From NCBI GenBank assembly GCA_038087875.1, contig CM075990.1, forward strand, positions 7,938,001-8,002,000: a stretch of DNA of 64,000 bases, given 5' to 3'. Under the pieces are notes generated by a model. It worked only from the letters and a program-made list of their open reading frames with translations. It made no database searches and was not told the DNA's origin. Shown here in pieces: positions 61,370 through 64,000 of the stretch. Source of the stretch: Malacoraja senta. Lineage: Eukaryota. Within the stretch, counting starts at the first letter, position 1. Every line of letters begins with the position of its first letter. Made by a program: the position numbers and the translations under genes.

Positions 61370-61992
61370 ATAAGTGATAAGAACAGCATTGGGCCATTCG
61401 TCCCATCAATTCTACTCTGCCATTCAATCATCTCTCTCCCTCCTAACCCCATTCTCCTGCCTTCTCCCCACAACCTCTGACACCTGTTCTAATTAAAAAT
61501 CTATCTCTCTGCCTTAAAAATATCAACTGCCGGCCTACACAGCCTTCTGTGGTAAAGCATTCCACAGATTCGCCATCCTCTAAATACATTTCTCCTCATC
61601 TCCTTCCTAAAGGAATGTCCTTTAATTCTGAGGTGATGACCTCTAGTCCTAGACTCTCCCACTAGTGGAAACATCCTCTCCACATCTACTCCATCCAAGC
61701 CTTTCACTATTCTGAATCCTTCCATGAGGTCCCCCCCTCATTCTTCTTAACTCCAGCGAGTACAGGCCCAGTGCTGACAAATGCTCATCATATGTTGACC
61801 TACTCATTCCTGGGATCATTCTTGTAAACCTCCTCTGGACCTTTCTTGAGCCAGCACTTCCTTCCTCAGATATGGTGCCCAAAATTGCTCGCAATGTTCC
61901 AAATGCCGCCTCAACGGTGCCTTATAGAGCTTCAACATTACATCCCTGTTTTTGTATATGAACCCTCTTGAAATAAATGCTAGCATTGAGTT
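61370..61992 (-). mobile_element. CR1 LINE 3' fragment
   Basis: KVQRRFTRMIPGM...LGLYSLELRRMRG / IVKGLDGVDVERMFPLVGESRTRGHHLRIKG; close relative of 14725-15375. Confidence 0.88.
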
Positions 61993-62529
61993 TGATTTGG
62001 GGGCAATTTACTGTGGCCAATTAACCTACTGACCTGCACGTCTTTGGATGTGGGAGGAGATGAGAGCATCTGATGGAAACTCATGCAGTCACAGGGAGGA
62101 CGTGCAAATACAACACAGACAGCACCTGAGGTCAGGGTTGAACCTTGGTCTCTGGTGCCGTGATGCAGCAGCTACCATGCTGTTTTTCTTTTAGTTTATC
62201 AGTGACTCCAGGGGCAGGTTGATCATCCCATTGATAAATCAGACTCTCGCACCACGTACCACTTTTGAATCCTGTCATGCCACAGTAATTGGTGCAGATG
62301 CTTCCCCAGTGTGGAGAGGATGTTTCCACTCGTGGGAGAGTCTAGGACTAGAGGTCATAGCCTCAGAATCAAAGGATGTTTTTTTAGAAAGGAGATGAGG
62401 AGACATTTCTTTGGTCAGAGGGTGGTGAACCTGTGGAATTATTTGCCCGTGGAGGCTGTTGTAGGTAACTAACAGAACTGGCAACGTTTTAATGTTAACT
62501 GATTAAAATTTAGTGTTTGCTACTGACTT

Positions 62530-62778
62530 TAGAAATACAGCGTGGAAACAGGCCCTTCGGCCCACCGAGTCCGCGCCAACCAGCGATCACCCCGTACACC
62601 AGCACTATCCTACACGCTAGTGACAATTTACAACTAATCAAAGCCAATTGACTTACAAACCTGCACATCTTTGGAGTGAGAGAGCAAAGGAGCTCCTGGA
62701 GAAACCCACGCGTTTACAGGGAGAATGTACAAACTCCATACAGACAGCACCTGGAGTCAGGATTGAACCCGGGTCCTG
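62530..62778 (-). mobile_element. V-SINE/HE1-like SINE
   Basis: Minus strand cccgggttcaatcctgac...V-domain...gtgggccgaagggcctgtttccacgctgtatttcta. Confidence 0.75.
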
Positions 62779-62817
62779 TTTATTTAATACATCGACGGTT
62801 GTTCCCTGATTGTACTA

Positions 62818-63173
62818 TATTAAGTAAGTTTATTGGCCAAGTATTCACATACAAAGAATTTGCCTTGGTGCTCCGCCCACAAGTAACAACATGACATACA
62901 TTGATAGTTACGAATGACTCAGAAAACACTAAACATTAATAATAATAAAACATTAATGATAAAACACCATTGATCAAGCATGTGAACCAACAAAATACCA
63001 GATCAAAGGGAGGCTACAGATTTTTGGCTGTTGAGTAGAGCAACTACTCGATGATAAAAACTGTTTTTATGTCTGGCTGTGGCAGCTTTGACAATCCGGA
63101 GTCGCCTTCCAGAGGGAAGTGATTCAAAGAGTTTGTGGCCAGGGTGAGAGGGGTCAGAGATGATCTTGCCCGC
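62818..63173 (-). mobile_element. Rex1/Babar-like LINE 3' fragment
   Basis: Minus strand AGKIISDPSHPGHKLFESLPSGRRLRIVKAATARHKNSFY; tail shared with ~44410-44550 (+). Confidence 0.8.
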
Positions 63174-64000
63174 AAGTATGGAATCGTTACTGTATAGAAG
63201 GACTTTCGGCCCGTCGAACCTGCTGACACTTTCTGCAAGAGAAAGCTGATCCTGGTTCTCGGCAGTTTGCTGCAGTTATCTTTCTCCCTCAAGAATCGAC
63301 CCAATCCCATTTTTGTTGTCAGATTTTGCAGATTTAACTACCTGTCTGAACCCAAAGTTCAAAGGGATTAAAAATGAACATCCCTGGATCACATCACGTA
63401 CGTAAACGTTGCCCATTCCTTCTCTCCAGAGATGCTGCCTGTCCCACTGAGTTACCTCAGCATTTTGTGTTTGTCTTGGGGAGTATACAAACTCCGCCCA
63501 GACCGTACCTGGCGTTTGAGGCAGCAGCACTAACTGCTGCAACAGCGTATCCTTTACCAACGAGGGTGGGTTGAAAAGGGCACGGACAAGGCGGCTGTGT
63601 ACTCCCAGCATTTTCTACTCTATTTAGCAGTGAGTGCTCTGCTTCACTTCAGCGCCAACCTCGCAACCTATTGAAGCATCAATATAACCTGACACCAGCA
63701 CACTCTGTGAATGTTGCCTTTCTCTGTGCTTCCCTAAACGCTAAAGGATGTCAAAGAAATGTTTGAAAAGTGTTATTATATCTGAATGCTTAAAAAACAA
63801 TCGGTTGAGATGTGGAAGGATATTTATAAACTGGTTTTGGAGGCGGCCAAAGCGATTTTTAAAGCTTCCATCAGCTCAGTTTGAAACGTGTGACAGGAGT
63901 GGCGAGGAAAATGATTGGATTAGATAGACAATAAAGTGTATAGAATTCAACACCTTGCAGAGCATCACAAATTTGAGATGTATTTTTTTGGAAATCCATA

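Overview
Vertebrate genomic DNA, not prokaryotic. The repeat repertoire (HE1/V-SINE-like, SacSINE1-like, CR1, Rex/Babar, Penelope) points to a cartilaginous fish, probably a skate or ray (inference). Bases 1-24421 hold the last seven coding exons of a + strand WAPL (cohesin release factor) gene. All seven have canonical AG/GT boundaries and consistent phases, ending ...[12 protein letters not shown]. About 7.5 kb of repeat-free sequence follows and looks like a long, alternatively polyadenylated 3' UTR ending near 31.96 kb. From about 32.5 kb onward the window is transposon-dense intergenic DNA with no recognisable host exon. The most notable structure is a dispersed family of Penelope-derived terminal repeats. 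Each carries a minimal type-I hammerhead ribozyme motif (gtCTGAAGA-A-GGGT-N4-RCCC-GAAACGTY). Many sit as short fold-back insertions with 13-19 bp target-site duplications and an inversion centre at the ribozyme, and one is still attached to a GIY-YIG endonuclease C-terminus. Also present: five PIF/Harbinger-type MITEs (TWA TSD), a hAT MITE, two ~200-bp solo LTRs with exact 4-bp TSDs, and a 38-bp minisatellite with dimeric higher-order structure. Repeat family names come from remembered motif similarity, not database searches, and repeat boundaries are approximate unless a TSD is given.
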